Of a stretch of 64,000 nt of DNA, positions 39,934-50,840 are shown piece by piece (position 1 is the stretch's first letter; every line of letters begins with the position of its first letter). A program made the position numbers and the translations under genes. Under the pieces are notes generated by a model. It saw only the letters and a list, made by a program, of their open reading frames with translations, was not told the DNA's origin and made no database searches. Origin of the DNA: Nitrospirota bacterium (GTDB lineage: Bacteria; Nitrospirota; UBA9217); contig CAVWHO010000015.1 in NCBI GenBank assembly GCA_963754875.1, forward strand, positions 1 through 64,000, in the 5' to 3' direction.

Positions 39934-40846
39934 GATCGCACTGCTCTCCCGGGACCGCACCCTGCACACGCATCTGGGGCTCCGTCTCGAAAGCAAAGGA
40001 TACCAGGTCGTGTCCCTGCCTGAGCCGTCGCAGGTGCTCGGATTTATCTATTCGGACCCGCCCGATCTTATGCTGATCGACCTGTCCGGGGCGGATCCGT
40101 CGTATCAGCAGATTTTGCGGGATCTGAAGCAGGACAGCTATTTCAGCGTTGTCCCCGTCGTGGGGCTCATCGCCGGGGCGGACATTGAAACAACGGCCTG
40201 GGACCAGTACCCGCTTGACGACTTCGTTTCACTCCCGATCAACTATGACGAACTCTTCAGTCGCATTTTGCTTTCCTTCCAGCGCTTGCAGCGGATCTTT
40301 GACAACAACCCCCTCACTAAACTTCCGGGAAACACCTCTATCCAGCTGGCAATCGAACGGGCCCTCGGAAAGTCGATGGCGGTCTGTTACGTCGATATTA
40401 ACAATTTCAAACCCTATAACGATACTTACGGGTTTTCACGGGGCGATGAAGTGCTCCGCATGGTCGCCCGGATCATGTCGAATACGGTGAAGGAGTCAAA
40501 GGACAATGGCTTCGTCGGGCACATCGGCGGTGATGACTTCGTTTTCATTACACCGCTGGAGAACGCGGAGACGGTCTGCAAAACCATTATCGCCAGATTC
40601 AATGTCATTGCGTCGGACGTCTTTGGAGAAGAAGACAAGGCAAAGGGCCACTACCTTGCAAAGGACCGGAAAGGCATTGAGCAAAAAATCCCTCTCCTCG
40701 GAATATCGATTGCCGTAGTGCCGACGAACAAACCGCATGTGCAGCATGCGGGCAAGGTCGCGGAGGTCGCCGCGGAACTCAAGAAGCTCGCTAAAAAATC
40801 CAACGAAAGCTGCTATGTCGTAGACCGCAGGGGTAGCAGGGAATAA
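39914..40846 (+). CDS. Receiver-like + GGDEF (diguanylate cyclase) protein
   Basis: PDLMLID receiver motif, NPLTKLPGN, DINNFKPYNDTYGFSRGD, HIGGDDF. Confidence 0.88.
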   Translation: MMNPKRRIALLSRDRTLHTHLGLRLESKGYQVVSLPEPSQVLGFIYSDPPDLMLIDLSGADPSYQQILRDLKQDSYFSVVPVVGLIAGADIETTAWDQYPLDDFVSLPINYDELFSRILLSFQRLQRIFDNNPLTKLPGNTSIQLAIERALGKSMAVCYVDINNFKPYNDTYGFSRGDEVLRMVARIMSNTVKESKDNGFVGHIGGDDFVFITPLENAETVCKTIIARFNVIASDVFGEEDKAKGHYLAKDRKGIEQKIPLLGISIAVVPTNKPHVQHAGKVAEVAAELKKLAKKSNESCYVVDRRGSRE

Positions 40847-41066
40847 AGATTTGTCTTTGCCCGGCGCTAGCCCTTATCGAACGTTCCCCTTCTTCATCCC
40901 ATTCATTTCTCTCCTCCCTTTTTTCCATGTTCCCGGTGATTGCTCTGTTGATGACAGCCAGTTCTTATCCTGAAATTTGAGCTATAATAAATGTATGGCA
41001 CGGCCATCGTGAGCACGCAGAATAAAGTCAGAATCTCTGGACATGGTCAGAGTAAGGCAGGGTCCG

Positions 41067-41297
41067 ATGCCCAAAGAAGACGTACTAGAGGTGCAAGGTA
41101 AAGTAATTGAAGCCCTCCCGAATGCGATATTTCGGGTCCAGGTGGAAGGGGGCCCTGTGATTCTTGCCCACCTGTCCGGAAAGCTTCGCATACATTATAT
41201 TAAAATCCTGCCCGGCGACCGGGTCACCGTCGAGCTTACGCCCTATGATCTTAAGCGTGGAAGGATTACTTACCGCTTAAAACACGAGGCTGCGTGA
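41067..41297 (+). CDS. infA: Translation initiation factor IF-1
   Basis: [23 protein letters not shown]...[38 protein letters not shown]. Confidence 0.95.
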   Translation: MPKEDVLEVQGKVIEALPNAIFRVQVEGGPVILAHLSGKLRIHYIKILPGDRVTVELTPYDLKRGRITYRLKHEAA

Positions 41298-41421
41298 TCA
41301 GCCGGTACGAGCGACGGCGTCGTGTTTTTTATTGTTTCCATTCGATTTCCTCCCCTGCCCTATGTTATACTCTCCCTATTCGACGCTTCTGAAACAGTTC
41401 CAGGCGGATGGAAAACCAACG

Positions 41422-42326
41422 ATGCTTCTGCAAAAAGGAACGCTATGGAAATGCATAACCGCTACTACCGAGCGGGCGCTCGCTTCCGGCGCGCTGTTGC
41501 CCGCACCCACGGAATATACCTTTCTGGAAGACAGCGGCATCCGATTTTTCGTCAGGGTTTTGGCGGGCCTGCAGCGCAAGGATGAGGCGCGGAAGAAGCA
41601 GACAGCTGCTTCGCGGGGGAGAAGCAGGCCAATCCCTTTCTTCCACCTGAGAAAGACCTTACGGTTGCGGACATCTCCGACACGCATGTCGCAATCCTGA
41701 ATAAGTTTAACGTTGTTGATCATCATCTCCTGATCGTCACACGACGCTTCGAGGATCAGGAGATGCTGCTGACGGCACATGACTTCGAGGCCGTCTGGAT
41801 CTGTATGGCTGAATTCGACTGTCTGGGGTTCTACAATGGTGGACGCGAGGCAGGAGCAAGCCAGCAACACAAACATCTGCAGATCGTGCCCCTTCCCCTG
41901 GCCCCTGAGGGACCGTCAGTGCCGATCGAACCGCTGTTGGTACGGGCAGAGGGAAAAGATGTTACGACGGTTCCGGGCTTTTCCTTCCTCCACGCCTTTC
42001 AGAGACTGGGCCCAGGACTCGCCAGATCACCGAATCTCGCGGCAAAAACAACATTCGAGTTTTACAGCAATATGCTCAAGAATGTCGGCATGACTCCGCC
42101 TGCCGCAAACGGAGAGATTCGCCAGACCCTGCCCTACTGTTTTCTCATGACCCGCGAGTGGATGCTCCTTGTCCCCCGGTCGAAGGAATTTTTCGAAGAT
42201 ATTTCCCTCAATTCCCTTGCCTTCGCGGGTTCGTTCTTCGTTCGCAGTGAAAAACAGCTCGAACGTTTGAAGTCCTTGGGTCCGCTGAAGGCACTCCGAA
42301 GCGTCGCAATCCCGACAGAACCATAG
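41422..42326 (+). CDS. ATP adenylyltransferase / Ap4A phosphorylase II (frameshift at a G run near 41617)
   Basis: NPFLP, LNKFNVVDHHLLIVT, FYNGG..AGASQQHKHLQ, LLVPRS, SLNSLAFAG. Confidence 0.88.
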
Positions 42327-42377
42327 GCCTGATCCGGATTGGTCCACGGGATGCCGACTCGTCTTTCTTTTACAACA

Positions 42378-43590
42378 CTAGTGTAGTGTCTCACAAACGA
42401 CTGGTGTTATCAGCCTTTTTCTTGCGAGAGCGAGGTAATGTGCAGCCTGGCTGAATTTTCTCCAATGTTTGTTTGCAGCGTCCAAGTTTCTTAACGATCG
42501 ATTCAACGGTTGCGGTCCATACAAACGGTTTTGGGTCTTTGTTCCAAGCAGCCAAATACTCTTCGATAGCGCTCTTGAGCGCGTCCACGCTGACAAAGAC
42601 TCCGCGACGTATTCGTTTTCCCGTCAGTTCTCCGAACCAACGCTCAACAAGGTTCAACCAGCTTGAACTGGTCGGGACGAAGTGGGAAACAAAACGTGGA
42701 TGCCGTGTTAACCATCTCTGGACTTTGGGGTGCTTATGCGTGCCATAGTTATCCATCACTATGTGCAGCTGCTTTTCGACCGGGAATTCAGCATCCAGTT
42801 GCTTTAAAAACTTGAGAAATTCCTGATGGCGATGCCGAGCATAACATTGACCGATCACTTTACCTTGCGCCAATTCGAGCGCAGCAAAAAGGGTTGTCGT
42901 GCCGTTACGCTTATAGTCATGAGTCATGGTACCGCAACGCCCTTTTTTTAAAGGAAGTCCCGGTTGTGTACGATCTAACGCTTGAATCTGGCTTTTCTCA
43001 TCCACACACAGCACTAATGCTTTTTCTGGAGGATTGAGATAGAGCCCGACGACATCGGTAAGCTTTTCCAAGAACCGTGGATCGCGTGACAACTTAAATC
43101 CCGTGGTTCTGTGCGGCTGAATATGATGACTTTGCCAGATCCTATTGATCGTTGCTTTGCTCACGCCCTGCTGTTCAGCCATCGTTCGGCAACTCCAATG
43201 GGTGGCTCCAGCAGGCTTCGTTTGCAGTGTGGCATTAATTATTTTATTAATTTTGGTTGCCGTTAACTCTGGTTTACGTCCGCGACCTGCCGCAACTTCC
43301 CAAAGGCAGTCCGGACCTTCACTACAGAACCGCTGCCTCCATAATGCAGCCGTTTTATAATTGATTTGCATTTGCTTTGCGATGGCCTTGTCTTGTTGGC
43401 CATTCGCAGCGGCTAGAATAATTCGACACCGTTGAGCAACTTGTTGCGGGGTGCGATGAGCCCGCACCCATTGCTCTAGTTCTTGTCGATCAGACTCAGT
43501 AAGGTTTATGGTTAAAGCGTGTCGTGCCATGAACAGCATCCTATCACAAATCATGACATAACACCAGTTAATTGAGAGACACTACACTAG
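42378..43590 (-). mobile_element. IS630-family insertion sequence, apparently intact
   Basis: Terminal inverted repeats CTAGTGTAGTGTCTC-n7-ACTGGTGTTAT at both ends, CTAG on each flank, one transposase ORF. Confidence 0.95.
42391..43530 (-). CDS. IS630 transposase
   Basis: HTH region, THWSCR, and the catalytic motifs CVDEKSQIQ, VMDNY.THK, SSWLNLVERWF. Confidence 0.95.
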   Translation of the reverse strand: MARHALTINLTESDRQELEQWVRAHRTPQQVAQRCRIILAAANGQQDKAIAKQMQINYKTAALWRQRFCSEGPDCLWEVAAGRGRKPELTATKINKIINATLQTKPAGATHWSCRTMAEQQGVSKATINRIWQSHHIQPHRTTGFKLSRDPRFLEKLTDVVGLYLNPPEKALVLCVDEKSQIQALDRTQPGLPLKKGRCGTMTHDYKRNGTTTLFAALELAQGKVIGQCYARHRHQEFLKFLKQLDAEFPVEKQLHIVMDNYGTHKHPKVQRWLTRHPRFVSHFVPTSSSWLNLVERWFGELTGKRIRRGVFVSVDALKSAIEEYLAAWNKDPKPFVWTATVESIVKKLGRCKQTLEKIQPGCTLPRSRKKKADNTSRL

Positions 43591-43675
43591 TTCATAACCG
43601 GAAAAATGATTGAAGGGTGCGATTGAGGGTGGGGCCACAGGAATGTAACGACAAGGGGAACTGTCGGACGGGTAC

Positions 43676-44527
43676 TTATCTGCCTGCGCCTTTCTTGGAA
43701 ACTGCATCCTCTGCAACTGCTCTCCTCCGCAGCAGGAACAGAGCGATGCCTGCCAGCGAAGTGAGAGCGCTTAATATCTGGCCCATGGTAAATGGTCCTG
43801 CGACGAACCCGAGCTGGGCATCGGGCTGGCGAAAAAACTCCACGATGAACCGGAACAGGCCGTAGAGAACAAGAATAAGGGCGGTCATCATGCCCGGCCT
43901 ATGCTTTTTGTCCTTGGCTATCCAGAGGATGGTGAAGAGCAGCACGCCTTCGAGAAAAAATTCGTAGAGCTGGGAGGGATGGCGCGGCAGCGGCCCGCCG
44001 GCGGGAAAGACCATGGCCCAGGGCACGTCAGTGACCCGGCCCCAGAGCTCGCCGTTAATAAAGTTCCCGAGCCTTCCTGCCGCGAGTCCGATGGGAGCGG
44101 TTACGACAACCAGGTCGGCCACGGTCCAGAAATCGACTTTGTATTTGCGGCAGCACAGATAACCCGCTGCAAGCGTGCCGATCATCCCGCCGTGAAACGA
44201 CATTCCGCCGTGCCAGACAGCAAAAATCTCGAGAGGATTTTTCAAATAACTTGAGAGATCGTAAAACAGCACATATCCGAACCGGGCGCCGAGGATGAGC
44301 CCGAAGACCAGATAGGTGTAAAGCGATTCGAGAAATGCCTCGGGTATCGGCGCTTTCCCTTCTTTCCCCTGGCCTTTGCCCTTCGGGCTTCGGGCCTGCT
44401 TCTTTATCTGATGCCTGACCAGAATAAAGGATGATGCAAAGCCGACGGCGTACATGAGCCCGTACCACCGGACGGCAAAAGGGCCGATACGAAAAATTTC
44501 AGGACTTATATGCGGATAGGGGATCAT
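43676..44527 (-). CDS. lgt: Prolipoprotein diacylglyceryl transferase
   Basis: VRWYGLMY, GARFGYVLFY, GGMSFHGG, GRLGNFINGELWGR, RHPSQLYE. Confidence 0.97.
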   Translation of the reverse strand: MIPYPHISPEIFRIGPFAVRWYGLMYAVGFASSFILVRHQIKKQARSPKGKGQGKEGKAPIPEAFLESLYTYLVFGLILGARFGYVLFYDLSSYLKNPLEIFAVWHGGMSFHGGMIGTLAAGYLCCRKYKVDFWTVADLVVVTAPIGLAAGRLGNFINGELWGRVTDVPWAMVFPAGGPLPRHPSQLYEFFLEGVLLFTILWIAKDKKHRPGMMTALILVLYGLFRFIVEFFRQPDAQLGFVAGPFTMGQILSALTSLAGIALFLLRRRAVAEDAVSKKGAGR

Positions 44528-44580
44528 AGAAAACCGTGCGGAGCAGTTCTATTTTGAAATTGAGAAAAGCAAGCACTCCG

Positions 44581-44763
44581 TCATACTAGGGAAATGGCGT
44601 AATAGGGACAGACGGTCAGTATGCCCGGATGTTCCTCAACGCGGAAACGATCTGCATTGACCACCCATGCCCGGTCGTCACGCATCTCAAAAAAATCCGG
44701 AAATGCCTCTGCGCACCCGCCGCAACCCTGGCAGAGACTATAATCAATATTGGGAATGGCCAT
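44581..44763 (-). CDS. Monocluster ferredoxin
   Basis: CQGCGGC...CPYYAI in ~60 aa. Confidence 0.8.
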   Translation of the reverse strand: MAIPNIDYSLCQGCGGCAEAFPDFFEMRDDRAWVVNADRFRVEEHPGILTVCPYYAISLV

Positions 44764-44862
44764 GCCTATCGAAGTCCGTTCACCCCTACAGCTGTAAATA
44801 GTATACCAGAGCAGGGACCATGAAACAACGAACAAATAACAACAGATGATCCCGCTGCAGAA

Positions 44863-45423
44863 TCACTCGCAAGACCTTTTAATAAGCCTTTTCAGTTTTG
44901 CAAAATCTTTGATGAATTTCGCCTTCCCTTCAGGAAAGCGCATGGCATAGGCCGGATGAAACGTGGTGAAGTATGTCCTCCCGTCTTTCCGGACGATCCT
45001 GCCGTGCTCCCTGGACAGTTCCTGCTTGCTGTTGAGCATCGCAATGCATGCGGTGTTCCCGAGAAGAACGACGATCTTTGGGTCGATGATCTCGATCTGG
45101 TGGAATAAATGTTGACGGCCATGAATAATTGCCGCTTTCGCGGGAATTCCGCGCAGGGGAAGATAATGGACGGGGCTCGTAATGAAGACTTCCTGCTCAC
45201 GCAGCCCGATGCCCGCCATGACCGAGCGCAGAAACTTGCCGGACCTCCCGATGAAAGGCCGCCCGATCTTCGCCTCTTCCTTGCCCGGCGCTTCACCGAC
45301 AAGAACAACAGCCGCAGCCGCACTCCCCTCGCCGGCTACCGCCTTGCCCGTGCCTCCTTTTTTACAGAGAGCGCATCGGTCGATTTCGCGCACGATTTTG
45401 CGGAGCAATCGTTCCTTGTCCAT
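44863..45423 (-). CDS. Uracil-DNA glycosylase, family 4
   Basis: CALC, VGEAPG.EE..GRPFIGRSG, TFHPA. Confidence 0.9.
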   Translation of the reverse strand: MDKERLLRKIVREIDRCALCKKGGTGKAVAGEGSAAAAVVLVGEAPGKEEAKIGRPFIGRSGKFLRSVMAGIGLREQEVFITSPVHYLPLRGIPAKAAIIHGRQHLFHQIEIIDPKIVVLLGNTACIAMLNSKQELSREHGRIVRKDGRTYFTTFHPAYAMRFPEGKAKFIKDFAKLKRLIKRSCE

Positions 45424-45559
45424 CTCTTACCTGCGAATATCGATCATCTGCCGGGAGGGTGATTGCCGCAAACCTGTAGTGTTCGCACGAGGACATACTT
45501 CACCACGAGGCAAGAGGACCGCGCTGATTGCCCGGCGGAAAGACCTCGCATTCGGCGCT

Positions 45560-46150
45560 TTATGCGTACTTTTTCTTTTTCCGCATCATCTGTATCACGC
45601 GTCCGCCGTCTCTCTTCAGCCAGACCAGGCAAACGATGCCCGATAGGACCACGAGTGAACCAAGACCTGCATTGCCTCGATTGAACATCGCTATTGAGCC
45701 GGCGACCATAACGATGAGAAAACCGAGCGGGCTCAGGAGTTTCGACACGATTTCCTTCATCAGGGATATGTTGTTGAAACTTTTCCGTGCCTCGTCAAGA
45801 CGACCGAGCTTTTCATAAACATTCCCCATGCTGAACCATATGAGATTGTTCTCCGGGTCAAGCTCCTTCACTTTATTGAAATACCGGAGCGCCCGTTCAG
45901 GGTCGATTTCCTGGAGCTGCAGAGCCAGCCGCAGCCACAGCAGAGACGTCGAACCTGCTTTCCGGTAATACTCTTCCGCCTTCTCGGTCCTGCCGGTCTC
46001 GTCGAGGATCACTGCTTTGAGGAACAGCGCGCGAGGGAATTCCGGATTGGCCGCAAGCATCTCGTCGGCACCTTTCTCAGCGTTGTCGTAATCTTTCTTT
46101 TCGTAAAGCTCAAGGGTTTTTTCAAGCTTCTTTCTCAAGGATTCCATCAT
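45560..46150 (-). CDS. TPR protein with two C-terminal TM helices
   Basis: TPR-like helices (ALRYFNKVKELDPEN..WFSMGNVYEKLGRLDEA) and a hydrophobic C-terminus. Confidence 0.75.
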   Translation of the reverse strand: MMESLRKKLEKTLELYEKKDYDNAEKGADEMLAANPEFPRALFLKAVILDETGRTEKAEEYYRKAGSTSLLWLRLALQLQEIDPERALRYFNKVKELDPENNLIWFSMGNVYEKLGRLDEARKSFNNISLMKEIVSKLLSPLGFLIVMVAGSIAMFNRGNAGLGSLVVLSGIVCLVWLKRDGGRVIQMMRKKKKYA

Positions 46151-46206
46151 TTCACCTCATCGGCGGTTATGTAAGACCAACTCGTCGGCAAAAAAAATTG
46201 CAGTGG

Positions 46207-46740
46207 TCACGACGTTTGGCTCTCCATTCTCTCTTGTTTTTTCGTCAGCTCGGCAGCGAGGTCCTTAACGTAGCGGTCGATGGTCCTCCCGAAATCGACC
46301 GAGAGGTGGGCGAACACCCGCATAAAAGGGTTCTTTATTTCCGCCTGTTCAGCGACGGTGACCCTGGTCACATCGATATTCAACCCGTTGAGATTTATGA
46401 TTCTGCGGCCGTGGAAAACAGCGGACCGGACTATTTCCATTTCATAACACTTGAACGGCGTTTTTTTTCGCGTCTTGAAGGTCGACGGCGCACCGTTTGC
46501 CGGAAATTCTGTCCACACTTCATACTCGGCGGTGCGCTCCAGGATTTCAACTTTTTTCAGGTCCGTCCTCCATCGGGGCTGTTGTTCGACCTCGGTCACG
46601 ATCCGCCAAATTTCCTCCGGTACGGCGTTAAACTCCACGACCCTCTGTGCGGACTTCTTTTTCGGCAGGAACAATCCAACAACAAATACCAGCAAAGCCA
46701 GGAGAACAAGGCCGACATGTATGGCGATAACCGTATTCAT
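46207..46740 (-). CDS. SRPBCC/polyketide cyclase-like protein with an N-terminal anchor
   Basis: GLFLP...PEEIWRIVT....PRWR.DLKKVE. Confidence 0.7.
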   Translation of the reverse strand: MNTVIAIHVGLVLLALLVFVVGLFLPKKKSAQRVVEFNAVPEEIWRIVTEVEQQPRWRTDLKKVEILERTAEYEVWTEFPANGAPSTFKTRKKTPFKCYEMEIVRSAVFHGRRIINLNGLNIDVTRVTVAEQAEIKNPFMRVFAHLSVDFGRTIDRYVKDLAAELTKKQERMESQTS

Positions 46741-47209
46741 GTGGACGATTCCCATTTTACTCCGCGTTTCGATCGTGATCTGAAGTGTTTAGAATCAGAT
46801 CTAAAACTACTATCCGCACAGCCGCGCTTGCGCCATTGTGCAATGACCGAGATCCGGCAGCGGGTACACAGCAACCGGATAGGTTTGAAAAACCCGGCCC
46901 GAACTGTTCACGGCAGTATTTTCTTCCGGAAACAGTACTATAAACTATTTCAAATAGCAAGAATATTGATACGAGAAGGTCAATAGCTCCACCTCTTATT
47001 TACAGCACTAGATGCATCTTTTTTGACTTTTTTACCCGAGTGCATAAAATGCTCCGGAAGATCAGGCAGACCGCAGCAATTGTGCTATCATTTTGGATAG
47101 AGATAAGAGTGTGGGAAAGGATAACGCATATGCAACAAGTGCGAAGGATGGATGTTTTTTCGCTTTTCGTTGCTCTTCTTTTCTATTCTCTCTTAACGGA
47201 GGCCGCATC

Positions 47210-47660
47210 TATGAGCACCCTTACCATTTCGAGCCCGGTATTTCAACACAACGGCCGCATTCCGGCAGAATACACGTGTGACGGCGCCGACATTAATCCG
47301 CCTCTTGCCATCGTAAACAGTACACCTGGCGCCAAGTCGTTGGCATTGATTGTCGACGATCCGGACGCACCTAGAGGCACCTGGGTGCACTGGGTCGTCT
47401 GGAACATCAGCCCGGACATCAAGGAGATAACGGAGCACATGGTCCCCTCCGGAGCGTCAGAGGGCATGAACGATTTCAGGAAGCGAAGCTACGGCGGCCC
47501 CTGCCCGCCGTCAGGGACCCACCGGTATTTCTTTAAGCTCTATGCGCTTGATACAACTCTCGCCCTCAGTTCGAGTACGACTAAAGCAGACCTTGAGCGG
47601 GCAATGAAAGGACACATTCTCGGGCAGGCAGAGTTCGTAGGACTATATGCAAGGAAGTAG
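47210..47660 (+). CDS. YbhB/YbcL (PEBP) family protein
   Basis: YTCDG, DDPDAP.GTWVHWVVWNI, YGGPCPPSGTHRYFFKLYALD. Confidence 0.93.
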
Positions 47661-47670
47661 TAAAGGCTGT

Positions 47671-47934
47671 TCAGAGTTTTCCGCTCATTTTATAGATAAA
47701 TACGAGGATTTCCGCCACGGCTTTGTAGAGCTCCTTCGGAATTTCCTCGTAGAGATCGATTGCGGACAGGACTTCCACGAGGTTGCGGTCCTCATGGATC
47801 GGAACGCCGTTCTTGCGGGCGAGGGAAATAATTTTTTTGGCCACAAGGCCCTTTCCCTTGGCCACGACGGTCGGAGCTGCGTCAGCGCCTCGTTTATAGT
47901 TGAGTGCGGCGGCTTTCTCTCGGGTATCTTTCAT
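47671..47934 (-). CDS. Stand-alone FlhB C-terminal-like (FlhX) protein
   Basis: AAALNY...APTVVAKGKG..A..I...A....VP, EIPKELYKAVAEIL. Confidence 0.88.
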   Translation of the reverse strand: MKDTREKAAALNYKRGADAAPTVVAKGKGLVAKKIISLARKNGVPIHEDRNLVEVLSAIDLYEEIPKELYKAVAEILVFIYKMSGKL

Positions 47935-48022
47935 ATGTCTATGTTACCATCTGTTCTTGCCAGCGGTCATTTGCCGCCACTGTAAGCAGTGCATTTGCAT
48001 TCCCGGTTTTTTCCGCAGGATC

Positions 48023-49111
48023 TCACGCCTGTATGTTCACTCCCGCTGCGGGGTTGCTTTCAAAATTGATCGTCGGATGATGATGAACAACGACGTGCCC
48101 GAGCCTGAGCCCTGCCGAAACGAACTGTCCCTTGAGGACGTCAGTCCCCTCCTGAAGAAGACGGACGAAATCGCTTTTTTCCGCCATGCAGGTGACATGC
48201 ATATACCCGCCCTGGGAAACCAGATTCACGCGCACCTTTCCCGCCCGTTCCAGATCGAGGTTCACTGTGCAGGTGAAGGACCGCTCGCCGACTTTGCCCC
48301 GGTCATACTCCCTCAGAATGACTTCTCCCTCCCGAAGTTCACGCCATACGAGCGGCAGGAAAAATTGCAACGTATCCGTAAGCTTCGACTGCAGTTGATA
48401 GAACTCGATGTTCCGGAGCACAGTATTCAACGCACCGAGCAATTCGTCGGTGTTCAGCCTGCCCCGCATGTGCTCCACGACAGCCGGCTCAAGGAACATG
48501 TCCTTGAGCCGAAGGAGCGAGGCCTTCAGATCGCCGGCGATAATGCGGCCCGCCTCGATGTCGGCCGACGAGCCTTCTGCCTCCATGCCGCTCACAAGGA
48601 TCCTGAGTTTGGCCTCAAAAAAAACGCCGCCGTTCTCGAAAACATCCTGAAGAGTTTTCCCTGACAGGTTTTCAATTTGGAGCAGAAAGCGGCTGATGAT
48701 GTCGGTCTCGGGGAGGCTCTCTTTGAGCGGTTCAGGGAGCGCGGCGAGCAGCCTGACGAGCTTCTCCATGCCCCCCGTTCCGGAATTGAGCCCCTCGAAC
48801 TTATTCAGCGCTGAAAGGATCGTGCTCTTGATGGAATCGGCTTCTTCCGCACCATGACCCGACAACCTGAGGTACACGCTGTTTTCCTGCCGCTCAACCC
48901 GCAGGTTAAGAGTATCCCCTTTTTGAAGCGGAACTTCGCTCTGCACCTCCAGCATGGTGTTCTTGAGTCTGATTGTCGCGCTGCTGTCCGCACGAACATC
49001 GATCACTTCAGCAGTCACGATCTCACCGGCACGCAGCAGCGTTTCCCTCCCGTTCATGAGCAAGGAAAAAACATGGCCGATTTGTGATAGGGGACTTCCC
49101 TGCATACCCAC
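48023..49111 (-). CDS. FliK-like (hook-length control) domain protein
   Basis: NGGVFFEAKL, DLKASLL, C-terminal VNLDLERAGKVRVNL. It lies directly upstream of the FlhB-like gene. Confidence 0.65.
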   Translation of the reverse strand: MGMQGSPLSQIGHVFSLLMNGRETLLRAGEIVTAEVIDVRADSSATIRLKNTMLEVQSEVPLQKGDTLNLRVERQENSVYLRLSGHGAEEADSIKSTILSALNKFEGLNSGTGGMEKLVRLLAALPEPLKESLPETDIISRFLLQIENLSGKTLQDVFENGGVFFEAKLRILVSGMEAEGSSADIEAGRIIAGDLKASLLRLKDMFLEPAVVEHMRGRLNTDELLGALNTVLRNIEFYQLQSKLTDTLQFFLPLVWRELREGEVILREYDRGKVGERSFTCTVNLDLERAGKVRVNLVSQGGYMHVTCMAEKSDFVRLLQEGTDVLKGQFVSAGLRLGHVVVHHHPTINFESNPAAGVNIQA

Positions 49112-49557
49112 TCCGGAGACGCGTTTTCGCGTTTATCGCGCTCGTACCATTATAGCAGAAACCCATGGAACTCTTGCCACTGATGCGGTTTTGTCCAATA
49201 CCTGTCTGCGCAAAATTGCGCAATTTATCACTTTGAGAAGCTGTGTTCTGTATTTTTCATATGCCGGCAACATACATTAATAGCCTTTCCTCTGATTCTT
49301 TTTTTTGCGGCTGATCGGGCACGGAACATCCACGAGATCGGAGAAACTGCCAGGTTGTTCATCGTACTGATTACCTTCATTTCTCTGTTTCGGTTTGATG
49401 GTAATCGGGTGAGGTAGTTTGAAAAAGATGGAAATTCTGTTGCAATTGCCTTCTCTCCGAGGCCTGGGAGAACTGGCCGCTAAAAACACTATCAGAAAGC
49501 GTGTGGTAGGCTTGGGACCTCATTGCTTAATGGAGATAAGTCTAAGACCTTGTACCT

Positions 49558-50763
49558 TTATACTATCTTTGAAAATCCACTGTATTCATCCGCATTAGGG
49601 TCCATTATCTTCCCGTACGTGTCCTTGCCTTTGAATAGAAAATAGACATGTGAAGGATCGATCGTCCCGTTGCCGTAGCCATTTTGCGAGATAGTAAAAG
49701 TTACGGAAGCGCTGTTGCTTTGGGAATCGTAAACCACATTCGTTGGCTGTGCAGGAAGGTCCACTTCTGTAGAAGGCACGGGCAAACCGAAATTATAAGT
49801 ATTGCTGATGAGTGGCCCATATTGCCTTCCAATTTGCCAGTTGGCTACATTCTCAACTGAGTTTTTATCCATTGCTTTGGAGAACGTGAAATTCATTGTA
49901 AAATCTTTTGTAGCGTTCGGAGCTGATAAAGATGAACTCAGGTCAGTCAGCGCCGTTCCCATACCGTCTGTTGTAATAAATCCATTTGTGTTGTAAGCTG
50001 CCAATAATTTCGGACTGGCGACCTTAGTCATGTAGGTCTGAAGGCTCGTGATCTGCTGGGTCGCTTTCAGATTCGTTAATGTTGCCAGCTGTTTCTGCGC
50101 ATTAGCAACATCACCCATATCGGCATAGGCGCTTCCCAGTTCAAGATAACTATTTGCAAACGTTTTATCCATGGTAATCGATTTATTAAGCTGAACAATC
50201 GCGTCTTTATTATCTCCCATTGCCCTTAATACCTGCCCCAGTCCATAGTATCCGGTAGCACTGGTGGGGGCAATCTGGGTGACCTTTATGAATTGGCTCT
50301 TGGCATCACTCAAACGGCCGGAGGTAAGATAAGCCTCCCCGAGCGAATACCGGTTGTCGGCGGAATTGTAATTTAAGCGCACAGCTTTCTCATACTCTGC
50401 TTGTGCATCTTTCAATTGTCCGTTTTTAAAGTATATGTCACCGAGGGCCAGGTGAAAATTGTCCGCCGAGGGGAACACTTTGATAGCAGTTTTGTACGTT
50501 TTTATCGCATCGTCTGTTTTGTTCAGCTGAAGATAGGCCTTGGCCATGTAATCAAATGCCTTGGATGAATTATCAGAAGACAGAGAGAGAGCAGTAGTCT
50601 GTTTGAATTGTTTTACCGCTCCGGCGTAGTCTGTTTTTGTGTAGAGATCAATACCTCTCCCAAGTGCCAGGCCGGCCAAATTATCAATCTGATCCTGAGA
50701 GGCGACATTGCTTGTGAAAAGATAGTCGATTGATGACGCAGGTATGGGATCGCTATAACTCAT
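49558..50763 (-). CDS. TPR-repeat protein with a C-terminal Ig-like domain
   Basis: About six TPRs (FHLALGDIY, RYSLGEAY, GYYGLGQV, YLELGSAY) and a beta-rich C-terminus (FTFSKAMDKNSVEN..NW.I). Confidence 0.8.
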   Translation of the reverse strand: MSYSDPIPASSIDYLFTSNVASQDQIDNLAGLALGRGIDLYTKTDYAGAVKQFKQTTALSLSSDNSSKAFDYMAKAYLQLNKTDDAIKTYKTAIKVFPSADNFHLALGDIYFKNGQLKDAQAEYEKAVRLNYNSADNRYSLGEAYLTSGRLSDAKSQFIKVTQIAPTSATGYYGLGQVLRAMGDNKDAIVQLNKSITMDKTFANSYLELGSAYADMGDVANAQKQLATLTNLKATQQITSLQTYMTKVASPKLLAAYNTNGFITTDGMGTALTDLSSSLSAPNATKDFTMNFTFSKAMDKNSVENVANWQIGRQYGPLISNTYNFGLPVPSTEVDLPAQPTNVVYDSQSNSASVTFTISQNGYGNGTIDPSHVYFLFKGKDTYGKIMDPNADEYSGFSKIV

Positions 50764-50840
50764 TCAAACCGTTCCTGAGATTCGCATTCTCTAAGGTATT
50801 TAGAGGCTGATAAATTACAAATAACATCTTCCTACCATTT

